Shown here piece after piece: positions 35,258-46,383 of a stretch of 64,000 bases of DNA (within the stretch, counting starts at the first letter, position 1; the number at the start of each line of letters is the position of its first letter). The stretch comes from Dimargaris cristalligena (Eukaryota), in assembly GCA_003614675.1 (NCBI GenBank), contig ML002230.1:1-64000 (forward strand). Reading direction: 5' to 3'. Below the pieces are notes generated by a model. The model was not told the DNA's origin. It saw only the letters and a list, made by a program, of their open reading frames with translations, and ran no database searches. Position numbers and translations under genes: made by a program.

Positions 35258-36418
35258 ATGACTCCTCGGCCATTGCGCGTCACCAACCTGTCGGACTATC
35301 TGACCGACATCCAGCCGGACCAATTACCGACTCGCCGGATCCTCGACTGCCGGCCGCAGGCGGATTTCGTTGCATGCCACCTCCACCCCTCCGTTAACTT
35401 CCCTGAGCCCCGCTTTGACGATCGCCGGTACTATCAGCTCCCGGCGAAACACATTCCCCTAGACATTCTCGTGCCCCACGAACCCTCTGGTGAGCCCTAC
35501 CTCACGGACGCCCACATGCTCTGGGAAAAGGGCTGGACGGTGGAACACGTCGTGCCGGTCCAGGGGTCTTACCTGGCCCCACCCGCGTCGCCCGCTCCTC
35601 TACCCGATGCCGGCTGGGGCCTGGCGGATCGCCTAGGCGTCACCGTCCGCAAGGGGCTCTATGGGGGGTCGGGCCACCCCGCCCCCACCCACCACGTCCT
35701 GTTCGACCCCTGTCCGCCCTTGACTACGCACATTACCACCATTGAACAGGCTCTGCCAGCACCACCTAACGGTTTCCGAACCGTTCTAGACCTCGGCTGC
35801 GGGAGTGGCCGCGACCTGGCTTGGCTCTGTTCCCGACACCAGCGGGAGGCCCCCCTCCATGGGGCGGGAACCACCCCCCTGCCCTGGTACGGGATGGGGA
35901 TTGATTCCGTCCGGGGGGCCCTCCGGCGTGCCCGGGTGCTGATACAACAGCAGAACGTGAGCTCTCAGGTAGGGCTCTGTCACGGCAAGTTTCACTACGA
36001 CGGCCAATTCTATCTCAAGTCACCCCAGGATGACCCCCTCTTCGAAAACCCTGACCTGCCCCTAACCCAGGTAAGAGCCACTGACCCTTTGTTGCCCTCC
36101 GGCGAGGCCCCCGTTTCGATTACCGCCCAGTTCAATCTGGTTGTGGGCATCCGCTTCTTGAACCGGGCCCTGTTCAACTCCGGTCAGATGGATCGCTGGA
36201 TCGCCCCCGGCGGCTTTCTACTCTATAGCACCTTTGTCCAGGGGGAGGCCTATCCTAACGAGCACCCCCAAGATCCTAAACACCGCCTGCTACCCGGTGA
36301 ACTAGCCCGATTGTTCGGACCGGACCAGGGCTACGAAATTTTACACGATGCTGAGGAGTGTATTGAGGACGGTCGGCACGTCAACTCCTTCCTGGCTCGA
36401 AAACTCCCGCAGCCGTAG
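35258..36418 (+). CDS. Rhodanese-like domain fused to a class I SAM-dependent methyltransferase (TehB-like)
   Basis: N-terminal ILDCRPQADFVACHLHPSVNFP (rhodanese start), SAM motif I VLDLGCGSGRD, then VGIRFLNRALF, IAPGGFLLYSTF, HPQDPKHRLLPGELARLF; intronless, 386 aa. Confidence 0.82.
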   Translation: MTPRPLRVTNLSDYLTDIQPDQLPTRRILDCRPQADFVACHLHPSVNFPEPRFDDRRYYQLPAKHIPLDILVPHEPSGEPYLTDAHMLWEKGWTVEHVVPVQGSYLAPPASPAPLPDAGWGLADRLGVTVRKGLYGGSGHPAPTHHVLFDPCPPLTTHITTIEQALPAPPNGFRTVLDLGCGSGRDLAWLCSRHQREAPLHGAGTTPLPWYGMGIDSVRGALRRARVLIQQQNVSSQVGLCHGKFHYDGQFYLKSPQDDPLFENPDLPLTQVRATDPLLPSGEAPVSITAQFNLVVGIRFLNRALFNSGQMDRWIAPGGFLLYSTFVQGEAYPNEHPQDPKHRLLPGELARLFGPDQGYEILHDAEECIEDGRHVNSFLARKLPQP

Positions 36419-36939
36419 ATCCTATAGTCTGGTGAACTCACTTTACCTGGACCATATCTACGCCTACACATTCTAGATAACTCTCCAACCATCAAGCCTT
36501 TTCGTGATATGTTTTATTATTCGCTTTGCCTGTTTGGTAAATATTAGTGTTCACTCAATTGTTAATATTTTTCTTATTATTTCGGCCATTTGTGTTTATC
36601 CCAACTGCCTTTACTGGACATTTTATTAATGACAGCCCCCAACCATTTCCTTAAAAAGTAACATCTCACCCAACCACTTTACTAGTAATTAGCCCATCTC
36701 ACCCCGCCTAATAGACACTACCATCAGCCAAATTCCATAACTAAACTATATATAGCCATCTATTATAATACACTTTACGAACGCCTTTGAAAAACCCTCA
36801 CCTAAACAGACCATTCCTTTGAAATAAATACACAGCAAAAAAGTTCCTAAGCGATAAAAATATAAACAGGCCCTTGTATCCAAAGACCACGTGGTGGCAA
36901 ACCTTGCTTTGGATAAAGTATACCAAGCCAATCGAGGGT

Positions 36940-37857
36940 CTACAATGATGCGGTTCCCGAAGGTGGTATCCAGGTTTTAGTGGAGCTTTGTTCAACGATA
37001 TTCAATCCACAGGGCGGAGAGTCCGGGGGAGTAGTAAACTGGACCAAATGGACCATGCACTCTTTGTCTGGGACCCCTTCCGGGTGGGTGCCGTGAGCCT
37101 CCGAAGCCCGTGTGGGTTGTTTCAAACGCTGACGAGTGACCTGGGCCAAATCACAAAGGGGCGCCGAGGGAGAACTCAGTATAGGAGGAGTTTCACTGGA
37201 TTTGGGATTATGGGCCGCCATAATTTGACCCAAAGAACCCCCGGGATGATTACTAGCAAACAACGAAGGCGTGCAGGCCCGCTGACGCATTAGGCACATA
37301 GCCAGGGCATCACCCAAGGCAAGTGACAACGTGGTGGATGTGGTTGGGGCTGGGATATCGGGAGTGGCTTCTTGTTGAACTTGGGCGTCGATGACGGCTT
37401 CCGAGGCCAGGGCCAGTGGTGAAGCAAGATTTCCGACCATGCTGATCAGGTGGGCGCCGCGTTGGTGTAAAAAGGGGAGCAGTTGCAAGATTTCGGGGGT
37501 CTTGCCCGAATAACTGATGGCAAGCACGGCATCCCGCGGACTGACCATCCCCAGGTCGCCGTGTAGGGCTTCGGTGGGGTGTAGGAATAGAGCAAGGTTC
37601 CCTAGGCTTAGAAACGTGGCCACCAGCTTCTCGGCGATTTTGCCGCTCTTGCCCACGCCCGTTATGACGATTTTACCGCCCTGGGATACCGCCTGATGCA
37701 TCAATCCGACTGCATGTTGAAAACCGCCGCATTCGTTGGTCGGCGGCGTACTCGGACTACTAAGTCGGTCGGCGCATTGGAGTAGGGCATGGCCCGCCTC
37801 CCGGAGTATGCGGGCGGCCTCTTGCTCAGTATTAATCGTTGGGTTGGCGTAGGTCAT
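36940..37857 (-). CDS. SIS-domain sugar-phosphate isomerase, KpsF/GutQ/KdsD family, lacking CBS domains
   Basis: First ATG at 37857. Motifs GKIVITGVGKSGKIAEKLVATF, FLHPTEALHGDLG, ISYSGKTPEI, APTTSTTLSLALGDALA, FASNHPGGSLG, then a low-complexity tail; intronless. Confidence 0.9.
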   Translation of the reverse strand: MTYANPTINTEQEAARILREAGHALLQCADRLSSPSTPPTNECGGFQHAVGLMHQAVSQGGKIVITGVGKSGKIAEKLVATFLSLGNLALFLHPTEALHGDLGMVSPRDAVLAISYSGKTPEILQLLPFLHQRGAHLISMVGNLASPLALASEAVIDAQVQQEATPDIPAPTTSTTLSLALGDALAMCLMRQRACTPSLFASNHPGGSLGQIMAAHNPKSSETPPILSSPSAPLCDLAQVTRQRLKQPTRASEAHGTHPEGVPDKECMVHLVQFTTPPDSPPCGLNIVEQSSTKTWIPPSGTASL

Positions 37858-40740
37858 GGTAATGACTGGCAAGCGGTGGTGGAGGAACGGCGGTAGTCAG
37901 CCAAAAATAAAATATATGGTAGGGCTGGTCAATAATCCAAACGTCTGACACGAGTTCTTAAGTGTGGGAAATGATTTTACAGTAGTGTAGCATGCGGGAA
38001 AGTGGAGTTCGCGATATATTTATATATATATATATATCACTGTCTCGTGCAGCTTAAAGAGTGGCAACAGACAACGCCTATGTTGGGACTTTCAGCACTA
38101 AAGCAGTGCGGGCGTGGCAATGGCTACGGCTATGGGCTGGGTGGAAGACCCGATTCCTATAAATAGAGGGGGGACGTCACGAAACTATTTCCAAATGGGG
38201 AATGAGACCAGCATAGAAATAAATGGGAGTGCTTTATAGCAAATAACACATGCCAATGTCACTACGAACGGAAAATAAAAATGAGAATCGGGTTAGTCCT
38301 CGAATGCGGAGGTGATGGGAAAAAAGAGAGGAGGAAAACTAAGCAGGTACCACCGGTGGAGATCAGCTTAAAAGCCACGGTTTAGTACAGTTACTGTAGT
38401 AGCCAACGAATAGTGTATACGAGTAAAAAAGATTGGCACTCAAAATGATGGCAATTAAGTGGTGGAATACCTCTACTGTAAAGAATAGCTCAGAATACTA
38501 TGGTTATAGGCGGCAGAAGCAAAGTTTTATATTTAAGGTGTAGTATAGTCGCTTCTAAATAAAGACACCTTTCCCTTTCCAACAGGTTATCTGATAGTTT
38601 GCATATCCGCAATCCAACCTCCACACCATATATCCCTCCTATAGAGAGTTAGATTAGTAATGCACAAAGAGAATAGCATAACAGGGCTACCTAGACACAT
38701 TGCGAGGGTCACACTGCCAGTGCTATGTCGCCCACGCCTGAGAGAAAGACCTGACTGGACCGATGTGATTCGACAACCACACTCTGTTTCAATACGCGAC
38801 CGCTGTGATAGGCCAGGGTGCGCTGTACGTACCCCTATTGACTGGTCATCGACGGACTTGATTGCCGTTCGTCTACAGGCACATGGCGTATATAATACAC
38901 ACACCATGGAAGGGTTGGGAGGTAGATTATTCGATTCGTCAGCAGTAGGACCGATCCAGTTGGCGGTACAACTTGGCTGTGCATCAACCAGCACGTCCGT
39001 AGAAACATCCTTTACTATGTATCGCCATCTCTCTACTTACTGGCCCGCTGATTTCCCAGTTCCGCTTCAATCACCCAGCAAGGTCCCTGGGGACTCGGCG
39101 GAGACGCCTGCGTATAGTATAGTGAGTGAGCGAGTGACACATAGCGTTCGGATTTGCATCGCAGATAAGATCGTTACATGTCAGCCTACTCGCTATTGTT
39201 CGCCAAGTTAACTTATCCACATGCTAGTGCTATGGCCCCTGATTTGTTGGATTAGTCAGTGAATCATACCAATTAAGGGGTGTGAGAGGTGTCTCTAGCT
39301 ACGTTGCCTGTTTGGAAGGGCTAACGGCGATCGCCGATTTACTACATGGGCCATCCCAAATCCCATTCCTAGCGAGTTCTTGTTAAGAATTCATGGTTAT
39401 TTTTTCCTACCAAGACTTAAAGATTCCTGCTGAATGAAGGTGCTGATATTTACCATATTTCGAAGAATCGCCATGGACTACCTGGCCCAGCAGTTCTGGT
39501 ATTTACCTAGTCTTGACTGATTATAATAAATATCTAAATGTGTATTGATGCAATAATCACCCAGGAATAACGTAACTGGCTTCGTATTATACTATATTAC
39601 CCTCTTTAGAGAATCAAGATAATAGACACACCTCTACTTATAATAGATAAACCACAACCCTACCTATAATTTGGCTGACACAAGTATGTTTACATTTCAC
39701 TAAATACAACCGCATCTATAACTGAAACTATATAGGCATGCTTGTATTGAATAAAATCCTCCTTCAGTTACGATTTAACGATGGATATAACCATACCCAT
39801 ACAATCTTTTATAAATAGTAAAGTTATTTAAAAGATCATTCATATACTACCCCTGTATGAAGTACTATCGGTAAACATTCTTCTGGGGAGAGTAATAGAA
39901 ATTTCGATTTATATATTACAAATCCTGTAATATAAATAGAGGCATTGCATTTTAATTACCTGTTGGCCGGCAGCAATATACTGATACTATTGCCAACCGA
40001 TCGCCTTTATTATATCATTGTTAAACCTTCGCCCTGCAAAACATCATATCTATTATTAGTATCTCTCAGTACTTTACTGTTAATGCTGTGCAACTGATAA
40101 TTTCAAACTAAGCGACTGTTCATAAGATGCCAATTGCACCATATTTGTCAAACCTAGAGGTTGGTATACACCATCTGGCCTCAGTGCGTGCTACTTGACC
40201 AGAGTAATGTTAACGATCCAATACTTTAAAAAATGGGCATGTGTGCCATTTAGGCACATTGCCAGCGTATCCCAGGTCATCAATTATGGATCATTCTGGA
40301 ACTACTCTAGATTTAGCCTGCCACTACATACACACGCATGTATTTATAGCCCTTAAGCCACAACACACCTAGATGGTCCCCAACTCAATATTGCCACATA
40401 GGTAGGACCCAGAGTAGTAAGTGAGGATGTAGTAGACAGTAGCCCAATCGGATCTGAGGGTTTCATAAATACACACCTACTCTTTATTATCCTTATCATT
40501 GGTAGGTGGAAAGGTAGCTGCGACTAGACTAGGGTTCATTAACAACGACAAATGAGTCAACGTAAGAAAACATAACTGGTTGAGAGGGGATCGAGTATAG
40601 TAAAGTAGAGGAGGGACTGTCCTGAAAAATATAATTCGGCAACATGGTAATAACACAGAAGTAGCCCCCGTAATGGTACGAATATTGGAAAGGGTGGGGG
40701 GGGTGCAAGGCCCGGGTAAGATAAAGGTAATGTGGGTATT

Positions 40741-42015
40741 TTATACGCGTAGAGTCTGCACCGTCTGGCCAAAACCAATCGCCACCCACTCCGTGACGAC
40801 CCTGGACCAGGCGACGGTGTTCACTTCGACGGGGGCGGTATAGGTGAGGGCGGGTGAGCTAATGATGGATTTGCTGAGATCGGGGTGGTGGCCAGGGGGG
40901 CGGGCCGACCCCAGGCCGCCACCGCTGCTGCTAGGGTCACCCCCGGCGGGCATAATGTCCCACACGAGAACCTGCTGGTCGTCGCCGGCGGTGCACAGCT
41001 GGTGAGCCTGGTGAGGAGCCCAGGCCAAAGTGTTAACACTGCCCCGATGGCCCCGAAGCTCGTAAACGGGAATCCCGGGCATCCGGATATCCAGAATCTG
41101 GACCGACGCCGCGTCCATCCCGAAGGTAGCGATAAAGTTGGGGTCCTGCTTGTTAAAGGCCAGGCGCATCAGGGGCGGCGATACCTTTAGGGCGTTGGGG
41201 TTAGCGCCGACCGCCGCACCGGGGGCTCCAGGCACGGCGGTTGGTACAGACGAGGGGGTCTCGTAGATTATGGTAGAGTGTTCGAGGTCCCGGAGGTCAA
41301 ACATGCGAATGGAGCCGTCCGCTCCCGCACTTGCAAAGACATCTGTACTCCCGGTGCGGAAGGCCACGTCGTACACCTCCTTATCGTGGGCGATGAGTTG
41401 GGTCTTGGGCTGCTGGGTGTGTACATCCCACAGCGTACACGTCGTATCGATACTACAGGTCACCAACCGACTCAGGTCCAACTCGTTCCAGTCGAACGAA
41501 GTGAGGGGTGCGCAAAAGTCCACCTTGGAGTTGGTTAGGGTCGCCTTAAGCTGTAGCCCCGGGCCGGCCTGCGACGACGGTTGCACTTCCCATAGCCGCA
41601 GAAAATCGCCGGCGGTGGCAATCAGGTCCGGGCCGGCGGGGCCGCCTCGCGCGTAGGGGGCCCATTGGGTTTTGGTGATGGGGTACGGGTGGTCCGCCTC
41701 GGCGACCACGGCAAAGTCAAGGTTCCGGGGGGTCCCCGTCCCCTGGGGGTCCTCGGCCATGTGATTCGGCCCGGCGTAGTCTCCCCCCGGGGGTGGGGGA
41801 AAGGCGCCTTCGCCCGGCCGGTTGTCCCCGGCCGCGGTGGAGTTGCCCCGGTACTGGATGATCTGGAGTTTGTTATTGTATTGTTCGAGGAAACTGCCCA
41901 CCGCGAGCCGGAAAGTCTGCTCGCGCGGCTGTTTAGACCAGTCTAGGGCGTAGACGGGCCATGGTGCATAATAATTGCAGAGCTCTTTCCGGGGAAGGTA
42001 GTCCTCGCCCAGCAT
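40741..42015 (-). CDS. DCAF7: DCAF7/WDR68/AN11-type WD40 scaffold protein
   Basis: ATG at 42015 (MLGEDYLP). Motifs APWPVYALDWS, FRLAVGSFLEQYNNKLQII, DFCAPLTSFDWNE, SIDTTCTLWD, KTQLIAHDKEVYD, ADGSIRMFDLRDLEHSTIIYE, and the C-terminal QTLRV*. Confidence 0.93.
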   Translation of the reverse strand: MLGEDYLPRKELCNYYAPWPVYALDWSKQPREQTFRLAVGSFLEQYNNKLQIIQYRGNSTAAGDNRPGEGAFPPPPGGDYAGPNHMAEDPQGTGTPRNLDFAVVAEADHPYPITKTQWAPYARGGPAGPDLIATAGDFLRLWEVQPSSQAGPGLQLKATLTNSKVDFCAPLTSFDWNELDLSRLVTCSIDTTCTLWDVHTQQPKTQLIAHDKEVYDVAFRTGSTDVFASAGADGSIRMFDLRDLEHSTIIYETPSSVPTAVPGAPGAAVGANPNALKVSPPLMRLAFNKQDPNFIATFGMDAASVQILDIRMPGIPVYELRGHRGSVNTLAWAPHQAHQLCTAGDDQQVLVWDIMPAGGDPSSSGGGLGSARPPGHHPDLSKSIISSPALTYTAPVEVNTVAWSRVVTEWVAIGFGQTVQTLRV

Positions 42016-43128
42016 GGAAAACGGGTAGTGCGCGAAGGGGGAGGGGTGGTAAGGGGGGTGGTTTCGAAGGTGGCGGTGTGAGGGATAAGTACAAGATGAG
42101 CAGGTGGGCTGACAGGTAATGAGGTCTATTCGAGTAAGAAGAAGCGGATGAGGAGGCAATGGGCGGGTTATAAGCCAGACTATTGGGAATACCGCGACAG
42201 AATAACTACACGAAAAGGTTTATAGTGAAAGAGAATGGTGCAGCACAACTACTTGAGTATAAAATTTCAAAGAAAGGTGACGAAAATATATAGTAACGGT
42301 AGAAAAGAGTGGCGCGCGCTTGAGCCGAGCTACTGGTTCAACCAACCCTCACTACTACTCATAATGCCACTCTCTTCATGCTCTGGCCGGCTTCCTCAAT
42401 GTATGGAAAAGGAGGGTGGGAGGGCCACGCCCCCTTCTTCCACTCAAGTTGGCGAGGCCGTGTTTCTTTTATCCCGCCGTCCTCCACTTATTCGTATTAG
42501 TTTAGCCTAAGGAAAATCCCGATACTATACCAGTGGAGCCGCGGAGACTGCCTTAGTATTTACTACTTTCTTGTCCTGCTTCGCACCATGCAACATATAT
42601 CAGGTGTAACCAACTTGGTCAGTCAGTATATTTAATAATTCACTTGGCGGTTTTTTGATTTATGGCAATAGGGTGGGACAAAATGACTGCCCCACACTTA
42701 ACCAGGCTGCCTTCTCATTCACACCATTGCTCATACCCGGGGATACATAGGGAAAGGTCACACTTTTCCAAGTTCGGCTGTATATTCCTAAAAAACCGGG
42801 CACCGATAGTACCCAACTTGTTAATCCACATTTAAATAAAGACAGTTGGATTTTATAATAACGTTAGGAAACTAATCACGGTTGATAATAGCCTGTGATT
42901 TTTTGGGGTCCAAACCAGTCTGGAAAACGTAAGGGTTAAAACATAAAATGAGGGGAACGAGTCAGGAATGGTCGGCACCCATGCTGATGAGAAATACGTT
43001 GGTGGTGCTGACCATAGAAAAGAGTCTGGGACAGGAAATAAAACGACATAATACAGGCATGGGTAAACACACGGTGAACAGTCGAAAAGGTTCGTTTTAT
43101 CCATATCCACATCCACATCCAGGCCAGT

Positions 43129-44829
43129 TTAGTAGGCCGCAGAGTGGATTTTTTGGGCCCGACCCGACGGGTCGTCAGAGCAGCCCCAGTCAGTCCGGGG
43201 CACCCAGCGCACCACCGATTGGCTGCAGGCGGCCTGGGGGTAGGAGATTTCAAACAGATGGCGGTAGTAAAACGCCTCCTTGGTTTGGGGGGTATCGGCG
43301 GGCCAGCGTTCGGACCGGGCGGCAAAGGCCTCGTCAGTGACCTTACGCTCAGCCAGATCACGCAGGGAGTCGATCCACGAGTAGCCCACTCCGTCCGAGA
43401 ATTGCTCCTTCTGACGCCAGAGGATGTTGTCGGGCAAATAGGGGGTGGTATCCGCGGCTCCGTCCAGACGCAGCTGCTCGGCGTCAAAGGCGCGGCGAAT
43501 AATGTACTTTTCCATGTGGGTGGGATCGGAGACCTTCTGCTGGGGGTCAATCGACATGGAGGTGGCCAGGAAGTCCTGGTCCAGGAAGGGCACGCGAGCT
43601 TCGAGTCCCCAGGCCATGGTCGACTTGTTGGCGCGCAGACAGTCCGAGGTGTGCAAGTTCTTGACACGGGTCAGGGTCTCGCGGTGGAGTTCGGCGGCAT
43701 TGGGGGCGTAGTGGAAGTACAGGTAGCCACCAAAGATTTCGTCGCTGCCTTCACCGCTGAGCACCATCTTGACACCGGTCGATTTGACCTTACGGCTCAA
43801 TAGGTACATGGGCGTGGACGCCCGAATGGTAGTCACGTCGTAGGTTTCCAAGTGATAAATGACATCGGCCAGGGCATCATGGCCCTCCTGGACGGTAAAG
43901 GTGTAGGAGTGGTGAATAGTCTTGAGGAACTTGGCCACTTCCTTGGCGGCGGCCAAGTCGGGGGATCCGGGCAGACCCACGGAGAAGGAGTGCAGCTTAG
44001 GCCAGCCCCGGGGCCCGCTCAAATCGGCGTTATCCTCCCAGTCGCTGGTGTCGCTGGCCGAAATCTTGCGGGCTTCGCGCACGGCGATACTGGCGATCAG
44101 ACTGGAGTCCAGTCCACCGCTCAAGAGCACGCCATAGGGGACTTCGCTCATGAGGCGCTTGCGAACAGCTTGGATTAGAGACTCGCGCAGCCGGGGGTAG
44201 TCCACGGGGGCGGTGGGGATCACATCGGGGTTATACCAGTGGGGTTCAAAGTAGGGGTTGGTCAGGCCGGTGGCCGAATCAAACACGTGGCCGGGCGGGA
44301 AGGCGATGATGCGGTCGCAGTCTTCGTTCAGGGCCTTGAGCTCCGAGGCGAAGAAGATGGTCTCGGGGTGACGGCTGTCGAACCCTTGGTACAGAGTGGT
44401 GATACCAATGGGGTCCCGGGCGGCGATGAGCCGGTTCTGTTTGGTGTCCAGGAGCACAAAGCTAAACATACCATCGAGCTGCTTCACGACATCGGTACCG
44501 ATCTCGTTGTACAGATGCATGATAATCTCGCAGTCGGAATGGGTCTTGAACTGCACGGGGTTCTTGAGGGTCTTCTCGAGAGCCTTGTGGTTGTAGATTT
44601 CACCGTTGACGCCGAGCACCAAGGTCTCGTCGGCGTTGGTGAGAGGCTGGGCACCGGTGTCCACCCCGACGATGGCCAAGCGCTCGTGGCACATGATGCT
44701 GTCACCCTTCACCACGCAGCCGCTCCAGTCGGGACCGCGGTGGCGAAGCTTCTTGGACATGTCCAGGGCGTGCTGACGGTAGACGTCCATATCGCCCTGG
44801 TAGCGGAAGACAGCGAGGATGCCGCACAT
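43129..44829 (-). CDS. ASN1: Asparagine synthetase (glutamine-hydrolysing)
   Basis: N-terminal Ntn Cys (MCGI), [77 protein letters not shown]; intronless, 566 aa. Confidence 0.98.
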   Translation of the reverse strand: MCGILAVFRYQGDMDVYRQHALDMSKKLRHRGPDWSGCVVKGDSIMCHERLAIVGVDTGAQPLTNADETLVLGVNGEIYNHKALEKTLKNPVQFKTHSDCEIIMHLYNEIGTDVVKQLDGMFSFVLLDTKQNRLIAARDPIGITTLYQGFDSRHPETIFFASELKALNEDCDRIIAFPPGHVFDSATGLTNPYFEPHWYNPDVIPTAPVDYPRLRESLIQAVRKRLMSEVPYGVLLSGGLDSSLIASIAVREARKISASDTSDWEDNADLSGPRGWPKLHSFSVGLPGSPDLAAAKEVAKFLKTIHHSYTFTVQEGHDALADVIYHLETYDVTTIRASTPMYLLSRKVKSTGVKMVLSGEGSDEIFGGYLYFHYAPNAAELHRETLTRVKNLHTSDCLRANKSTMAWGLEARVPFLDQDFLATSMSIDPQQKVSDPTHMEKYIIRRAFDAEQLRLDGAADTTPYLPDNILWRQKEQFSDGVGYSWIDSLRDLAERKVTDEAFAARSERWPADTPQTKEAFYYRHLFEISYPQAACSQSVVRWVPRTDWGCSDDPSGRAQKIHSAAY

Positions 44830-45434
44830 GGTGTGAAGAGGTGTCGGGAAGGAGGGCTTTGAAGAGGGAGGGGGATTGAAGTAAGGGTGGTATGTGGGCC
44901 GAGTACGGAAAAGAGGGGAGTGCGCAATAAGTTCGGTAAAGAGTAGGAATAAGGGTGGGATAAAAAAGGACGTCGGGGGGTTGAAATACCGGGGAGTATA
45001 ATAAGGAGAGGAACACAGTCGTTGCCAGCCGAGGATGAATCAAATCGAGCTCTAGGGGAGAGAAAAGGACATGCGTGTATGTTATATGGCGAAGGGGAGA
45101 ATACCCCACCCGAACTTTAGGCCGTATTTATATGGCGGGCCACATATCGAGGAGCCAGTAACGGCCAGCCATGCGGACCGACGACCAACCCGTTCGCTGG
45201 TTACTCACCATCCCGACGCGGCCCAGCCAATGGCGGACAGTCCCCGCGTCCAGTGGAAGAAACGACGGATAGACTGTATGGAATGGCAGTTGATACGGGG
45301 GATAAGGTAGCCAACCTCTTTGTCGTTGCCATCACTTGTGGTTATAAAGCAGTCTCCAATAAAGTATTCCCGCGATGCCCGCGATAAGCGTGATTTGAGC
45401 AACCGGCACTGAGTGGGATTACCCTGCTACTTTG

Positions 45435-45450
45435 TGACTCGCTGTGACTC
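45435..45450. promoter_or_regulatory. Two tandem TGACTC (Gcn4/CpcA-type) elements upstream of ASN1
   Basis: tttgTGACTCgctgTGACTC about 610 bp upstream of the ASN1 ATG; TATAAATA on the minus strand near 45126-45133. Confidence 0.5.
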
Positions 45451-46383
45451 CCCCACCCCGCCCAATCACAACCCGGGGTCGCCACTGTATTGCCCTGCAA
45501 AGTGAAAAAAACATCATTATATATATATACTTGGTTTCTTGGCTAGCATCAAATACGCTTCATAAATGGACACGGGTAGTCGGTCTTATTGATAGAGTGC
45601 CGCACTTTTAAGCAAACGGCGTAAGTGTGACTTGCTTTTAGCAACGTCGGGGCAAATCGACGTGCGTAGAATCGATTTCTCGGAGATATCCGGGTAGGAT
45701 TACCTCGTGGATTTGCAGCGATGCTCACTGCCATTGATATTAGGATAACTGTATGAATCCATGTATAGTCGATGCACTCGTAGCCATCATGTCGTACCTT
45801 ACAGAATGAAAGGGCTAATAGAACAACTGCCCCAACAATCAGGTAAATGTAATTAAAATCTACCTATTATATAAAAGCACTAAAACCTAAGGTGGTTCAA
45901 AGGGGCTCGATTAGCCAGGAAAGCCAGCAGAAAGCAATACCCTTTATGAAAGTGTTCCATCGCGACGGGACTTTCTTGAACCATAATGGGCGAATAACTG
46001 ATAATGGGGTCGTACTATAGTTATAGACAATTGGGTACAGATCGTTTCACAACGCCGTGTAATTATAGCTCGTTACATTTGTAATACATAAGAATTTTGC
46101 TTTACTAATCTTTATTAAAAATATTTAGATTATATTACCTTCTAAGATCATATAAGCGGTGCTAGAATGCAACGTTAATTTAACATCTCTAATTGTAGAT
46201 CGCTGAATACCTCGCGATATATATGTCTATATATATATATAATCTGTGGATATGTGCACTCTACATCGGCGCGGTGTCCATTGAAATAAACTACGTTTCA
46301 ATCAAATTAATGGTTTATTTAAACCGATATACAAAATATTAGATCATTAATATGTAAATGGCTGAACGATAATAAAACCTAAT

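Noticed and set aside
42016-42159. N-terminal extension of the DCAF7 ORF
   Set aside because: It starts at TTG, has UTR-like composition, and homology begins after ATG 42015.
42936-44862. Several long alternative-frame and antisense ORFs over ASN1 (243, 219, 207 aa)
   Set aside because: These are by-products of strong GC3 codon bias in the real gene and carry no motifs.
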